Of a stretch of 64,000 nt of DNA, positions 52,061 to 63,222 are shown piece after piece. Location of the stretch: NCBI GenBank assembly GCA_016777585.1, contig JADHRD010000001.1:12943-76942 (forward strand). Direction: 5' to 3'. Source of the DNA: Rhodospirillales bacterium (GTDB lineage Bacteria; Pseudomonadota; Alphaproteobacteria; Rhodospirillales; UBA2165). The position numbers were made by a program, and so were the translations under genes. The notes under the pieces are model-generated. The model was not told where the DNA came from. It worked only from the letters and a program-made list of their open reading frames with translations, and searched no databases. Each line of letters opens with the position of its first letter. Position 1 is the first letter of the stretch.

Positions 52061-54340
52061 TTAAGTGATGTCTACAAAACTATCCATAACTTTTTTTGTC
52101 CCAGCCTTCTCAAAATCAACCTCTAATTTATTACCGTCAACTGAAACTATTCTCCCATATCCAAATTTCTGATGGAAAATACGGACACCCACCACAAAAC
52201 TATCATGGTCTGAACTTTGCGTGATTGGTGAAAAATCTCCATCAATAATTACACCATCACTACTATAACCTCTTTTTTTGGGAGAATTTGCTTCAACACC
52301 GCCTAATCTCTCAAAATTAGATGAGCCTATTTCTCGCGACGTTTTGGTTGATAAATATAAACCTCGTTCTCCGAGAGCCTCTACATTCTTATTTGGTAAT
52401 TCATCGATAAATCTAGATGGTAACGAATTCTGCCATTGATTATAAATTCTTCGATTTGCTGCGTAAAAAACAAAAGCCTCTTTTTTTGCTCTTGTTAGGC
52501 CAACATAGGCTAACCTACGTTCCTCTTCCAAACCATTAAGTCCCTCTTGATCAAGACTGCGTTGATGAGGGAAAAGACCCTCTTCCCAACCTGGTAAGAA
52601 GACCATATCAAACTCAAGGCCTTTGGCGGCATGTAAAGTCATTAAACTTAGTTTCTCTCCGCTTTTATTTTCTTCATTCTCCATTACTAAACTTACATGC
52701 TCAAGAAATCCTTGAAGATTATCGAAGTTTTCAATACTAGAAACGAGTTCCTTTAAGTTTTCTAGCCTTCCAGGTGCCTCAGGAGATTTATCCGTCATCC
52801 ACATTTCGGTATAACCTGATTCATCGAGTATTATTTCAGCTAACTCAGTATGTAATAAAGTCTCTTTACATAACCGCCACCGCTCGAGAGATTTCAATAG
52901 ATTACCTAGAGCATTACGCGCACGTGGTTTAATTTCGTCAGTTTCAATTATTAATTTAGATGCATCATAAAGTGACAAATCTCTTGCTCTAGCTAATTGA
53001 TGTAAAGCCTGCACAGTTGCCTGACCTAGCCCTCGCTTCGGCACATTTACAATGCGTTCGAATGCCAGATCATCATCAGTACTATTTACAATTCTCAGAT
53101 ATGCAATCGCATCCCGGGCCTCCTGACGCTCATAAAAACGTGGGCCACCAATAACGCGGTATGGTATACCTGTTAAAATTAGACGTTCTTCAAACTCCCT
53201 CATTTGAAAACCTGCTCGAACCAATATTGCAATTTCTTCGAGTATATTTCCTTTAGCCTGTTTTTCCTCAATAATTTCACAAATAGTTCGAGCCTCTTCA
53301 GCACCATCCCAAACTGCATTAATTCTAACTGGTTCGCCATCGTCCAGACCAGTCCATAAAGTTTTTCCAAGTCTTCCTTCATTATGTGAGATTAGAACTG
53401 AGGCCGCGGATAATATGTGTTGTGTCGACCTATAATTCTGTTCCAATTTAATCACACGAGCATTTGGAAAATCAGTCTCAAATTTCAATATATTTCCAAC
53501 TTCAGCGCCACGCCAGGAATAGATTGATTGATCATCATCTCCCACACAACAAATATTGCTATGTTCTCTGGCTAATAACCTTAGCCAGAGATATTGTGCA
53601 ATATTGGTGTCTTGATACTCATCAACTAACAAATATTGGAATTTCTTTTGATACTCGTATAAAACATCTCCATTCTGCACAAATAGGCTAAGGCAATGAA
53701 GTATTAAGTCACCGAAGTCCACAGCATTTAATGTGATCAAACGACTTTGATAATTTGAATAAAGCTCAATTATTTTACCGTCCGCATAATCAGCGCCTTG
53801 GGTATTTTCAACTTTATCGGGAGTTAACCCTTGATCTTTCCACCTCTGAATTACTCCCAGTAATATTCGTGGGGGCCACTTCTTTTCATCAATCTTTTCC
53901 AAGGCCGTTAATTGTTTAAGTAAACGCAACTGATCGTCACTATCTAAGATCGTAAAGTTATTTTTTAAGCCAACTAATTCTGCATGCCGGCGCAATATTC
54001 GTGCGCAGATTGCGTGAAACGTTCCTAACCACCAACCTTCAACAGCACGTCCCGTAATTTTTGCTACACGATTTTGCATTTCACGTGCAGCCTTGTTAGT
54101 AAACGTCACAGCCATGATTTCCCAAGGACGGGCATTTCCCTGAACCAATATATGTGCTAATCTTGTAGTAAGTACTCTTGTTTTACCAGTTCCAGCACCA
54201 GCTAGCACCAAAACAGGACCTTCAATCGCTTTGACAGCTTGAGACTGCTCGAGGTTTAGACCTCGTAAATACGGTAATTTCCCATCGTCTGATATTTCTG
54301 GCATTTTTACATGATCTGGCAATGCTATATCTTTCTTCAA
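52061..54340 (-). CDS. uvrD: ATP-dependent DNA helicase UvrD/PcrA
   Basis: LAGAGTGKT, TFTNKAA, VDEYQDTN, VGDDDQSIY, QNYRS, HAAKGLEF, EERRLAYV and the C-terminal HQKFGYG domain. Confidence 0.95.
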   Translation of the reverse strand: MKKDIALPDHVKMPEISDDGKLPYLRGLNLEQSQAVKAIEGPVLVLAGAGTGKTRVLTTRLAHILVQGNARPWEIMAVTFTNKAAREMQNRVAKITGRAVEGWWLGTFHAICARILRRHAELVGLKNNFTILDSDDQLRLLKQLTALEKIDEKKWPPRILLGVIQRWKDQGLTPDKVENTQGADYADGKIIELYSNYQSRLITLNAVDFGDLILHCLSLFVQNGDVLYEYQKKFQYLLVDEYQDTNIAQYLWLRLLAREHSNICCVGDDDQSIYSWRGAEVGNILKFETDFPNARVIKLEQNYRSTQHILSAASVLISHNEGRLGKTLWTGLDDGEPVRINAVWDGAEEARTICEIIEEKQAKGNILEEIAILVRAGFQMREFEERLILTGIPYRVIGGPRFYERQEARDAIAYLRIVNSTDDDLAFERIVNVPKRGLGQATVQALHQLARARDLSLYDASKLIIETDEIKPRARNALGNLLKSLERWRLCKETLLHTELAEIILDESGYTEMWMTDKSPEAPGRLENLKELVSSIENFDNLQGFLEHVSLVMENEENKSGEKLSLMTLHAAKGLEFDMVFLPGWEEGLFPHQRSLDQEGLNGLEEERRLAYVGLTRAKKEAFVFYAANRRIYNQWQNSLPSRFIDELPNKNVEALGERGLYLSTKTSREIGSSNFERLGGVEANSPKKRGYSSDGVIIDGDFSPITQSSDHDSFVVGVRIFHQKFGYGRIVSVDGNKLEVDFEKAGTKKVMDSFVDIT

Positions 54341-54397
54341 AGTTAAATTGGTTTTACCTTAATCTCGAATACTAATTTATACCTAAGTCCAATAATT

Positions 54398-56191
54398 TTA
54401 TGGAGTGCCTTCGTGTTCTTCATGACGAGCTCGAACAAGCGCCTGATTATAAGCTGCCATCATATCGGTCTCATTTAAAACCCCGATAAATTTCATTGTT
54501 TCATGGTTATTAACAACTGCTATAAAATGTTCACCACTGTCTTGCATTACTTTCATTGCATTTTCGAGATCATCATCTTGATCTAAAATTGGCGGATTAA
54601 TGCGCGCTATATCGCCGGCATTTATCAGATTATCTACATTATGATCAAAGGCAATATCACTTAAATCCGCAAGTATAATTGTACCAAACAGTTCCCCATC
54701 TTCGAGTATTACAAATAATTCTCCCATCTCAGAAAACTGTAGTTTGTTGCGCAATTCCTCTAAACTTGCGCTTATGCTAACTGTCTCTGCATCAGTATTT
54801 GTGATACTCTTTACTTTGATACTACGAAGTAAAGTTGTCTCAAATCCACTTTTTAAATCTAGCCCTGCACGCTCAAGCTGCCAATTAAAAAACGATTTTC
54901 CTAAAAATTGTTGCGCAATTATACTTGAAATAACGACCCCGACCATAACTGCAATAGTAAGCGGATAATCATCAGTTAATTCAAAGACAATTAATGTCGT
55001 TGAAATTGGAGCACCTAATACAGCAGCAGCTACAGCTCCCATTCCAACAATCGTATATGCGCCCGGTCCAGAAGATAAATCTGGAAAAATACTCGTTACG
55101 ACAATTCCATACGCACCACCAAGCATTGCTCCCACCATAAGCGATGGCGTAAAAACGCCCCCACCAAACCCACTTCCAATACATATTGAAGTAGATAATA
55201 TTTTCATAAACAAAAGAAAAATAAGTAAATACAAGGGTAATTGAGCGTTGAGAGCCATATCAGTCGCTTCATAACCAACACCAAGTACGTGTGGAAACGC
55301 CAGCGCAATCAATCCTAATAAAAAACCCCCTATACCTGGTCGTATCCAATGAGGGCCAGGTAACTTTTTTATAAGGTCTTCAGAAGCCATTGTTGTTCGC
55401 ATAAAAATTATGGCGACAAGACCTCCGGCAATTCCTAAACCCACTACAGCAGGAAACTCCCACAGTGAAGCTAATGACTGCTGTGTGATCTCAAAAGCTG
55501 GCGCATCACCAAAATAAATTCTTGAAACAATTGTACCTACCACGCTTGAAATAACGATAGGAGCAAAGGCGCTCATTGCAAAATGACCCACTATTACCTC
55601 GTGAGCAAATAGCGCACCAGCAATGGGAGCGTTAAAAGATGCAGCAACGGCCGCCGCAGAGCCACAACCAAGCAAGGCACGCGACAAGGACCGCGTAAGA
55701 TGAAGTTTTTCAGAAAACCAAGCCCCTATGGTCGCCCCTAAATGAATAGCTGGCCCCTCCCGTCCTACGGACCCTCCAACACCAATAGAGAAAATACTGG
55801 CGATAGATGCACCAATACCGACACGAAAATTCATTCGTCCACCTTGGAAGACACTTGCCTCAATGACCTTGGAAACGCCACATGGTTTTCTTCCGGGTAT
55901 TAAATAATAAACAAATAATCCCACCATCAGGCCTCCCAAAGTTGGGACTAATAATATTCTCCACCAGGGTAATACCAATAAAGAGTTAATTAATTTATCA
56001 GATGAGCCCCCAAGAAAGATGCCTTGAACAAAATCAATGCCCTCTCTGATAAAAATGACACCAATACCTGCAATTGCTCCCACTAACACAGCTAATATCG
56101 ACAAGATTAGTTGGTCATTTCGTATTACAAGACGTAGTCTCATTAGTACTCTATTAAGTCTAAGCCGGCGACTATACATATCTTCTAACAT
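54398..56191 (-). CDS. CLC family chloride channel/transporter with C-terminal CBS pair
   Basis: GREGP, FNAPIAG, GGVFTPSL, APISTTLIVFELT and two CBS domains. Start is uncertain (TTG 56197 or ATG 56191). Confidence 0.92.
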   Translation of the reverse strand: MLEDMYSRRLRLNRVLMRLRLVIRNDQLILSILAVLVGAIAGIGVIFIREGIDFVQGIFLGGSSDKLINSLLVLPWWRILLVPTLGGLMVGLFVYYLIPGRKPCGVSKVIEASVFQGGRMNFRVGIGASIASIFSIGVGGSVGREGPAIHLGATIGAWFSEKLHLTRSLSRALLGCGSAAAVAASFNAPIAGALFAHEVIVGHFAMSAFAPIVISSVVGTIVSRIYFGDAPAFEITQQSLASLWEFPAVVGLGIAGGLVAIIFMRTTMASEDLIKKLPGPHWIRPGIGGFLLGLIALAFPHVLGVGYEATDMALNAQLPLYLLIFLLFMKILSTSICIGSGFGGGVFTPSLMVGAMLGGAYGIVVTSIFPDLSSGPGAYTIVGMGAVAAAVLGAPISTTLIVFELTDDYPLTIAVMVGVVISSIIAQQFLGKSFFNWQLERAGLDLKSGFETTLLRSIKVKSITNTDAETVSISASLEELRNKLQFSEMGELFVILEDGELFGTIILADLSDIAFDHNVDNLINAGDIARINPPILDQDDDLENAMKVMQDSGEHFIAVVNNHETMKFIGVLNETDMMAAYNQALVRARHEEHEGTP

Positions 56192-56278
56192 TTCCAAAAT
56201 CTAAGTTATTCAAGATTACATTTATGTTTTACTTTGTACTAACCGATTAAAAAATACGTAAAGCATCTAGAAGAAATT

Positions 56279-57133
56279 TTAGTTAAAAACGATGGTTTTG
56301 TTACCGTTAAGTAAGACTCTGTCTTCTAATACAGCTCTTAATCCTCGTGAAAGCACTAAACTTTCAACATCACGCCCCACCGCCACAAGTTCTTCAGGTG
56401 TTTGGGTGTGATTTACCCGTTCAACAGCTTGATCAATAATAGGTCCCTCATCTAGATCTTCAGTAACAAAATGTGCCGTCGCTCCTATTATTTTTACCCC
56501 CCTATCATGTGCTTGATGATAGGGTTTCGCTCCTTTAAAACCAGGTAAAAAAGAATGATGAATGTTAATTACCCGAGGAAAAAGTTGATTGATAAGGTCA
56601 GGCGACAAGATCTGCATGTATCGTGCAAGGACAACAAGCTCAGTTTTTGTTTCTTCAATAATTTCAAGAAGCTGCGTTTCTTTTTCTATTTTTGTTTCTT
56701 TAGTAATGGGTAAGTGATAAAAGGGAAGATCATGCCAGTCTGCTAGAGGTTTTAGATTTTCGTGGTTTGATACAATAGCCGTAATTTCCATGGGCATTGA
56801 CCCTGTTCTATACTTATACAAAATATCGTTCAAGCAGTGTTCGCCCTTTGATACCATTAATATCACCCGTTTTTTATCCAACAGGTTGCGCATTTTCCAA
56901 GTCATATCAAAACGCTTTGCAACTCTAGAAAAAGCAGACTCCACATCCAATTCAGAAAGCCCTTCGCGATCGACTCGAAATACCATACGACCAAAAAATT
57001 TACCGGTTTCACTGTCTGCAAAATGGGCCGTTTTCATAATAAAACAATCTAATTCGGCTAAACAGCCAGTAGTTGCAGCAACAATGCCTGCCTTATCAAC
57101 ACAACTCATCGTTAAAACGTATTCTGATGTCAA
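56279..57133 (-). CDS. purU: Formyltetrahydrofolate deformylase
   Basis: N-terminal ACT domain (CVDKAGIVA), HCLNDIL, LARYMQIL, INIHHSFLP, GATAHFVT and LDEGPII. Confidence 0.96.
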   Translation of the reverse strand: MTSEYVLTMSCVDKAGIVAATTGCLAELDCFIMKTAHFADSETGKFFGRMVFRVDREGLSELDVESAFSRVAKRFDMTWKMRNLLDKKRVILMVSKGEHCLNDILYKYRTGSMPMEITAIVSNHENLKPLADWHDLPFYHLPITKETKIEKETQLLEIIEETKTELVVLARYMQILSPDLINQLFPRVINIHHSFLPGFKGAKPYHQAHDRGVKIIGATAHFVTEDLDEGPIIDQAVERVNHTQTPEELVAVGRDVESLVLSRGLRAVLEDRVLLNGNKTIVFN

Positions 57134-57593
57134 TTTAACCTCACTTAACTCTTAAAATTATCATATTATTTATATTTTTATACCTTTTATTAAACCTAAA
57201 AGACTATTGACTGATTGAAAGGCATAATGGCTGAACTTTCGATTAGGTCAATAGATGGTTCAAATTTGATTCAACCAAAGTTCAATAAAGTAATTTTTTT
57301 TATTGATCCTTTTTATTTAAAAATTACAACTTAATATTCGTTAGATAAACAAATCTTGTTGCACAAATACAACAATTAATAAAAACTATAAAAGTTTTAT
57401 GATTTGCAATCATTATATTAAAAGGAATGCTGTTTATTCTTAAATCGTTGAAGTATATTATTTAAAATTTAGTAACATAATATTAATCCATTATAAGGAA
57501 AATGTTACAATATCGTGAAAATTAAAACTATCATGCTGGTCGCGTGTCAAATAAAGTTAATTAAAGAACCAGTAAAATAGTATAAAGGTAAAT

Positions 57594-58424
57594 GTGGTGA
57601 GCGGAAAATTTTATACCATATGTAGAATGGCATTATTAGGATATGCTATATTTGCGATTACTGCTTGTTCTTCGATTCCAGAGAATGATCCCGAGGCAGC
57701 GGCAGAATATCGAAAAATTAATGATCCTGTCGAAAAAGCAAACAGATACATATTCAAATTTAATCAAGGTGTGGACACTGTCGTATTAAAACCAATTACC
57801 GGGATATACAGAATATTTCCAAAAATTATTAGAAACAGTGTCCATAACTTTTTTCATAACCTAAAAACACCGGTAATCCTAGCGAATGATATTCTTCAAG
57901 GAGAACCAGTTAGAGCTGGTAATACACTTACGCGGTTTGTGATCAATACTACCATTGGGATTGGCGGCGTTAGAGATCAAGCATCAAGCTGGGGTATAGC
58001 CCCACATTCAGAAGACTTTGGCCAAACCCTCGCGGTTTGGGGTTTTGGCGAGGGACCTTACTTAATGCTGCCAATTTTAGGGCCGTCTAACCCTAGGGAT
58101 GCTATCGGAAAAGTGGTGGACTATTTTGTTGATCCAATCACATGGTGGGCTCGAAATAACGATGAGGATTGGATCCCAATAACTCGGACTGTAATGAATA
58201 CGATAAATACGCGAGATCGCCTATGGGACGTTATTGAAGATCTAGAAAAATCATCAATAGACTATTATGCAGCCGTTCGAAGCCTCTATCGACAACAACG
58301 TAATAGGGAAATCGAAAATGGGCAAAGGCGGAAAGAGAAGAAAAATTCAGACCTATCAGGCTACTTTGATCTAGTAAAAATGGATGATCTTTTTGTAAAG
58401 AGCGATGTTGAGCTGGTAAAATGA
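57594..58424 (+). CDS. mlaA: MlaA/VacJ family lipoprotein
   Basis: Lipobox ITAC, NDPVEKANR, RFVINTTIGIGG, EDFGQTLAVWG and GPYLMLPILGPS. Confidence 0.93.
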   Translation: MVSGKFYTICRMALLGYAIFAITACSSIPENDPEAAAEYRKINDPVEKANRYIFKFNQGVDTVVLKPITGIYRIFPKIIRNSVHNFFHNLKTPVILANDILQGEPVRAGNTLTRFVINTTIGIGGVRDQASSWGIAPHSEDFGQTLAVWGFGEGPYLMLPILGPSNPRDAIGKVVDYFVDPITWWARNNDEDWIPITRTVMNTINTRDRLWDVIEDLEKSSIDYYAAVRSLYRQQRNREIENGQRRKEKKNSDLSGYFDLVKMDDLFVKSDVELVK

Positions 58425-59050
58425 AATACCAAAAATTCGGATTTTATTCTGTCTTTGCTGGATTTTATCTATTTTTTTGTGCCCACGTAAGCATGGCACA
58501 TGCCAATAATATAAGTGCCGGTGCCGAAATTTTTATTGAAACATTAGCAACAGCAACGCAGAATACATTCTTAAATAAGAATCTCGCCCCATCTGTTCAT
58601 AAAGAAGAATTCCGCAAAATTATGGTTGATAACTTTGATTTAAAAGGAGTTGGGAAGTGGGTGATAGGGCGATACTGGCGAAAGTCTTCTGCGAACGAGC
58701 GTATTAAATACTTACAAGTATTTGAAAATTTCATTGTAGAAAATTATGCCAAACGCTTCAAGGATTATACTAAAGCTGAATTTAAGATTAATGAAACTAT
58801 AATACGCAATAATTCAATATTTGTAAGTTCTGAAATTAATGCATCAGAATCTGAGCCGGTTAGGATCGTATGGCGGGTAAACTACAAAGATGGTGCCTAT
58901 AAAATAATTGATTTCCTTATAGAAGGAGTTAGTTGGGCTAGAACACAACGCTCAGAATTTGCATCTGTAATCCGAAATAACGGCGGGAAATTGAGTGCAT
59001 TGATATCAGCTCTTAACAAAAAAATTACTTACTTACAAAATCAAAAATAA
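58421..59050 (+). CDS. mlaC: MlaC/Ttg2D phospholipid-binding protein
   Basis: Signal peptide, IGRYWR and KIIDFLIEGVSWARTQRSEF. Overlaps the mlaA stop. Confidence 0.9.
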   Translation: MKYQKFGFYSVFAGFYLFFCAHVSMAHANNISAGAEIFIETLATATQNTFLNKNLAPSVHKEEFRKIMVDNFDLKGVGKWVIGRYWRKSSANERIKYLQVFENFIVENYAKRFKDYTKAEFKINETIIRNNSIFVSSEINASESEPVRIVWRVNYKDGAYKIIDFLIEGVSWARTQRSEFASVIRNNGGKLSALISALNKKITYLQNQK

Positions 59051-59054
59051 GAAA

Positions 59055-60734
59055 TTAGTTTCTGGTTAAAGGCTTATACTTAATTCGGTGTGGCTGCTCC
59101 GCCAAAGTTCCCAGGCGTAATTTACGATCGCTTTCATAATCATCGTAATTTCCCTCGAACCAAATTACCTGGCTATCTCCCTCAAAGGCGATTATGTGGG
59201 TTGCAATTCTATCTAGAAACCACCGGTCATGGCTCGTGATTAAAATACAGCCTGGGTATCCAAGCAAAGCCTCTTCCAATGCACGCAAAGTATCAACATC
59301 CAAGTCATTCGTTGGCTCGTCTAACATCAAAACATTGGCTCCAGATTTCATCACCTTAGCCAAATGAACCCTATTGCGTTCACCTCCTGATAGATCACCA
59401 ACCTTTTTCTGCTGGTCCGGACCTTTAAAATTAAATTGAGAGACATAAGCCCTACTTTGCATCGATCGATGTCCCAGCTCAACTGTATCCAACCCTTCTG
59501 AGATTTCTTCCCAAACATTTTTTTTATCGTCTAACTCTTGCCGAGATTGGTCCACATAACCAAGTTTTACCGTGTCACCCAACCGAATCGAACCAGAATT
59601 ACATTCTTCTAATCCAGAAATCATATTAAACAGCGTCGTTTTACCAGCGCCATTTGCACCAATTATACCTACTATGGCACCTGGCGGTATCTTGAAATTT
59701 AAACCATCAAACAAAAGTTGTTCATTAAAACCTTTCGAGAGTTCCTCAGCCTCAATTACCAAATCACCAAGTCTTGGACCTTGAGGAATGATAATCTGAC
59801 TGGTATCGGGATTCTTATTATCTGCCTCGGATCTGAGTTTTTCAAAAGCTGTAATACGAGCTTTGCTCTTAGCTTGTCGTGCCCGAGGCGATTGCCTAAT
59901 CCAATCCAACTCATTTGAAAGAGTTTTCTGGCGCGCCTGTTCTTGCTTTTCGTCTTGTTGCAAGCGTTTTTGTTTTTGCTCAAGCCACGATGAATAATTA
60001 CCCTCATAAGGAATTCCTTGGCCTCTATCCAGCTCCAATATCCAGCCCGCCACATTATCTAGAAAGTATCTATCATGGGTAATAGCAACCACACAACCCG
60101 GGTATTCATGGAGATGCTGTTCAAGCCAAGCCACAGACTCGGCGTCCAAGTGATTAGTTGGTTCATCAAGAAGTAATAAATCGGGCTTCTGCAATAAGAG
60201 ACGACATAAAGCAACTCGCCTTTTTTCACCGCCTGAAAGTTTAGTTACGTCTGAATCGCCCGGGGGACAACGCAAAGCATCCATCGCCATTTCTACTGTG
60301 CGATCAATTTCCCAGCCGTTAACTGCGTCAATTTTTTCTTGCAAGTTGCCCTGTTCTTCTAATAGTGCATTCATTTCATCATCCGTCATTGGCTCAGCAA
60401 ATTTTGCGCTCACATCATTAAATTTATCTACCAATGCTTTAATTTCACCAACTCCTTCCATTGCATTTCCAGCGACGGTTTTGGTTGGATCCAACTCAGG
60501 CTCTTGAGGTAAATACCCAATGCGTGAGCCGTCTGCGGACCACGCCTCTCCATTATACTCCGTCTCTATTCCAGCCATTATTTTAAGGAGAGTTGATTTA
60601 CCCGCTCCATTAGCCCCTAAAACACCAATTTTCGCGCCTGGCAAGAAAGATAAAGAAATATTCTTCATCAATTCACGGCCACTTTGCAACGTCTTATTGA
60701 GTTCTTTCATTACATAGATATATTGATAAGACAT
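59055..60734 (-). CDS. ettA: Energy-dependent translational throttle protein (ABC-F)
   Basis: [40 protein letters not shown] and [12 protein letters not shown]. Start MSYQY at 60734. Confidence 0.96.
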   Translation of the reverse strand: MSYQYIYVMKELNKTLQSGRELMKNISLSFLPGAKIGVLGANGAGKSTLLKIMAGIETEYNGEAWSADGSRIGYLPQEPELDPTKTVAGNAMEGVGEIKALVDKFNDVSAKFAEPMTDDEMNALLEEQGNLQEKIDAVNGWEIDRTVEMAMDALRCPPGDSDVTKLSGGEKRRVALCRLLLQKPDLLLLDEPTNHLDAESVAWLEQHLHEYPGCVVAITHDRYFLDNVAGWILELDRGQGIPYEGNYSSWLEQKQKRLQQDEKQEQARQKTLSNELDWIRQSPRARQAKSKARITAFEKLRSEADNKNPDTSQIIIPQGPRLGDLVIEAEELSKGFNEQLLFDGLNFKIPPGAIVGIIGANGAGKTTLFNMISGLEECNSGSIRLGDTVKLGYVDQSRQELDDKKNVWEEISEGLDTVELGHRSMQSRAYVSQFNFKGPDQQKKVGDLSGGERNRVHLAKVMKSGANVLMLDEPTNDLDVDTLRALEEALLGYPGCILITSHDRWFLDRIATHIIAFEGDSQVIWFEGNYDDYESDRKLRLGTLAEQPHRIKYKPLTRN

Positions 60735-60948
60735 GCTACCTTGCTCCAAAATAAAGTTAATAAATAGTGATATGAAGTTTTTTACCGCAGAGGCCGTCAG
60801 CATGCAATCAATGTAATTATAAAAAAAACAATGTTTAATAATAGTTTCAATATGGGAAAGAATGATAATTTAGATTATTTTATAAATCGGAGCCTTGCCC
60901 GAAAAATCTAAAGGTTTATTTATCCGCTTATTAATTTCCTTAAATTAT

Positions 60949-61650
60949 TCAATCTTTCATATTGACGTCAATATCAATAGAATAACCACCTCTTCTAACC
61001 GTTCTAATTAAATCATCACCGCCAAATTTGTTCAAGGCTTTACGTAACCTTCTGACGTGCACGTCAACCGTGCGCTCCTCAACATATATATCTCGTCCCC
61101 AAACTCGATCGAGCAATTGCTCTCTTGAATAAACACGTGTGGGACGTTCAATCAGTGTTTGCAATAAACGATATTCCGTAGGCCCTAAGTGGATAAAATA
61201 CCCATCCCTATGAACTTTCTGGGCAGATAAATCTAAGACAATTCCAGCATATTCTAGTTTATTTTCCCCAAAATCGGGGCTTGTACGTCTCAAGATAGCT
61301 TTAACACGAGCAACAAGCTCAGACGGAGAGAATGGTTTAACAATATAATCATCGGCACCAGCGGTTAAACCAGAAACTTTATCTCCCTCTTCCCCTCTCG
61401 CTGTCAGCATTAAAATTGGTATTCTTTTTGTATCTTTATGCTCACATAAACGCCGACAAACGTCTAATCCAGAGAGTTTAGGTAACATCCAATCGAGTAT
61501 GACAATGTCGGGCTTTTCCTCAATAGCCAGCAATAGACCGTCTTCACCATTGGTCGCTATAATAGTTGAAAAACCCTCACTCTCCATATTATATCGAAGC
61601 AACTCAACTAAAGGAGGCTCATCCTCAACAATTAAAATATTTTGTTTCAT
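60949..61650 (-). CDS. phoB: Phosphate regulon response regulator PhoB
   Basis: VEDE, LDWMLP, GADDYIVKPFS, LGPTEYRLL and ERTVDVHVRRLRK. Follows phoU. Confidence 0.95.
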   Translation of the reverse strand: MKQNILIVEDEPPLVELLRYNMESEGFSTIIATNGEDGLLLAIEEKPDIVILDWMLPKLSGLDVCRRLCEHKDTKRIPILMLTARGEEGDKVSGLTAGADDYIVKPFSPSELVARVKAILRRTSPDFGENKLEYAGIVLDLSAQKVHRDGYFIHLGPTEYRLLQTLIERPTRVYSREQLLDRVWGRDIYVEERTVDVHVRRLRKALNKFGGDDLIRTVRRGGYSIDIDVNMKD

Positions 61651-61674
61651 CACTATAAAATTTCTTCTTAATTA

Positions 61675-62391
61675 TTAAACATATGCGGAACTTGAATTGT
61701 CCCTTTTTATGCGGCTCTCTTCAGGAATTTTCCCATGCACCATAAAATGAACGTGCTCTGCTATTGAGGTAACATGATCCCCCATTCTTTCTACATTTTT
61801 AGAGACAAATAATAGGTGTGTACACAAAGTAATGTTTTTTGGATCCTCCAACATATAGGTGAGTAATTCCCTATAGAGGCCCGAGTGGATATGATCAACA
61901 TCTTCGTCTTTTGCGCGAACATCGTCAGCTTTTGTTGCGTCCTTTTCAATATATGCATCTAATACATTTTTGATCATACTTTGAACAATCTCTGCCATTT
62001 TAGAAACTGTTTTTAACGGACCAGAGCCCATCAGTGGTAAGTTACCAGTGTCCGATAAAGCGAGTGTACGCTTCGATATATTTTTAGAATAATCGCCAAT
62101 TCTCTCGAGGTTACAGGAAATCTTAGTACATGAAATTATACTCCGTAAATCTGCGGCTACAGGAGATCGAAGTGCTAGAAGACGCACAATTGCTTCGTCA
62201 ATCTCTAATTCCAGATTATCAATATGATTATCATGCAATACAACTTCTTTAGCCGCATCCAAATCAAATTTTAATAAAGCGTCAATAGAATCCAACAACT
62301 GCTTCTCAACCAAACCTCCCATTTCAACGATCTTATTCTGGAGATTATTCAAATCATCATCAAATGCCGTTACAATATGTTCATTGTCCAT
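61675..62391 (-). CDS. phoU: Phosphate signalling protein PhoU
   Basis: EMGGLVE, PVAADLR, LERIGDY and VERMGDH. Confidence 0.96.
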   Translation of the reverse strand: MDNEHIVTAFDDDLNNLQNKIVEMGGLVEKQLLDSIDALLKFDLDAAKEVVLHDNHIDNLELEIDEAIVRLLALRSPVAADLRSIISCTKISCNLERIGDYSKNISKRTLALSDTGNLPLMGSGPLKTVSKMAEIVQSMIKNVLDAYIEKDATKADDVRAKDEDVDHIHSGLYRELLTYMLEDPKNITLCTHLLFVSKNVERMGDHVTSIAEHVHFMVHGKIPEESRIKRDNSSSAYV

Positions 62392-62400
62392 TTTCGTTAT

Positions 62401-63180
62401 CTACCCTATTCTTCCTGTAATATACGATTGGGTTCGCTCATCTTTGGGCACTGTAAATATATCATCTGTCTTTCCTTCCTCAATAAGCTCACCCAAGTGA
62501 AAAAATGCGGTCCTATTTGATATTCGTGCTGCTTGCTGCATTGAATGCGTGACAATTATAATTGTAAACTTGGATCTTAACTGACCCAATAATTCTTCAA
62601 TTTTAGCGGTCGCAATTGGATCCAAAGCCGAACAGGGTTCGTCCATTAAGATAACCTCCGGATGAATGGCAATTGACCGCGCAATGCACAGTCGCTGCTG
62701 TTGCCCACCAGATAATCCAGTTCCGGGTTCATTTAAGCGGTCCTTTACTTCTTCCCAAAGGCCTGCGGAAGTTAAACTCCATTCTACAATTTCATCTAAC
62801 TCGTCACGTGAATTAGCCATGCCATGAATTCGTGGTCCATAACAAATATTATCATATATTGACTTCGGAAATGGGTTTGGCTTTTGAAAAACCATACCAA
62901 CACGGGCTCTAACTTCCACAGGATCAATTTCTGAGCTGTAAATATTATAATTATCCAATTGAATTTCACCACTTACCACACAGCCATCAATTGTGTCATT
63001 CATCCTATTAAGACAACGTAAGAAAGTTGACTTCCCGCACCCTGATGGACCTATCAAGGATATAACATCGTGCTCCAAGAAATCTATTGATACCTCGGAG
63101 AGGGCCACCTTACCATTATAGGAAACCCCAACATTTTTAGCCGACATTTTTGGTTTAGCAGTCAATTTAAACTTCTCCAA
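62401..63180 (-). CDS. pstB: Phosphate ABC transporter ATPase
   Basis: [45 protein letters not shown] and YITGR. Confidence 0.97.
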   Translation of the reverse strand: MEKFKLTAKPKMSAKNVGVSYNGKVALSEVSIDFLEHDVISLIGPSGCGKSTFLRCLNRMNDTIDGCVVSGEIQLDNYNIYSSEIDPVEVRARVGMVFQKPNPFPKSIYDNICYGPRIHGMANSRDELDEIVEWSLTSAGLWEEVKDRLNEPGTGLSGGQQQRLCIARSIAIHPEVILMDEPCSALDPIATAKIEELLGQLRSKFTIIIVTHSMQQAARISNRTAFFHLGELIEEGKTDDIFTVPKDERTQSYITGRIG

Positions 63181-63222
63181 TTCTTTTAGTATAGACTTTT
63201 TTCTATATTATTTTTTAGAAAC

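Noticed and set aside
57134-57300. ZMP/ZTP (pfl) or THF riboswitch upstream of purU
   Set aside because: It would fit the gene context, but I found no GC-rich conserved riboswitch core on the minus strand, and the hairpin present favours the + strand.
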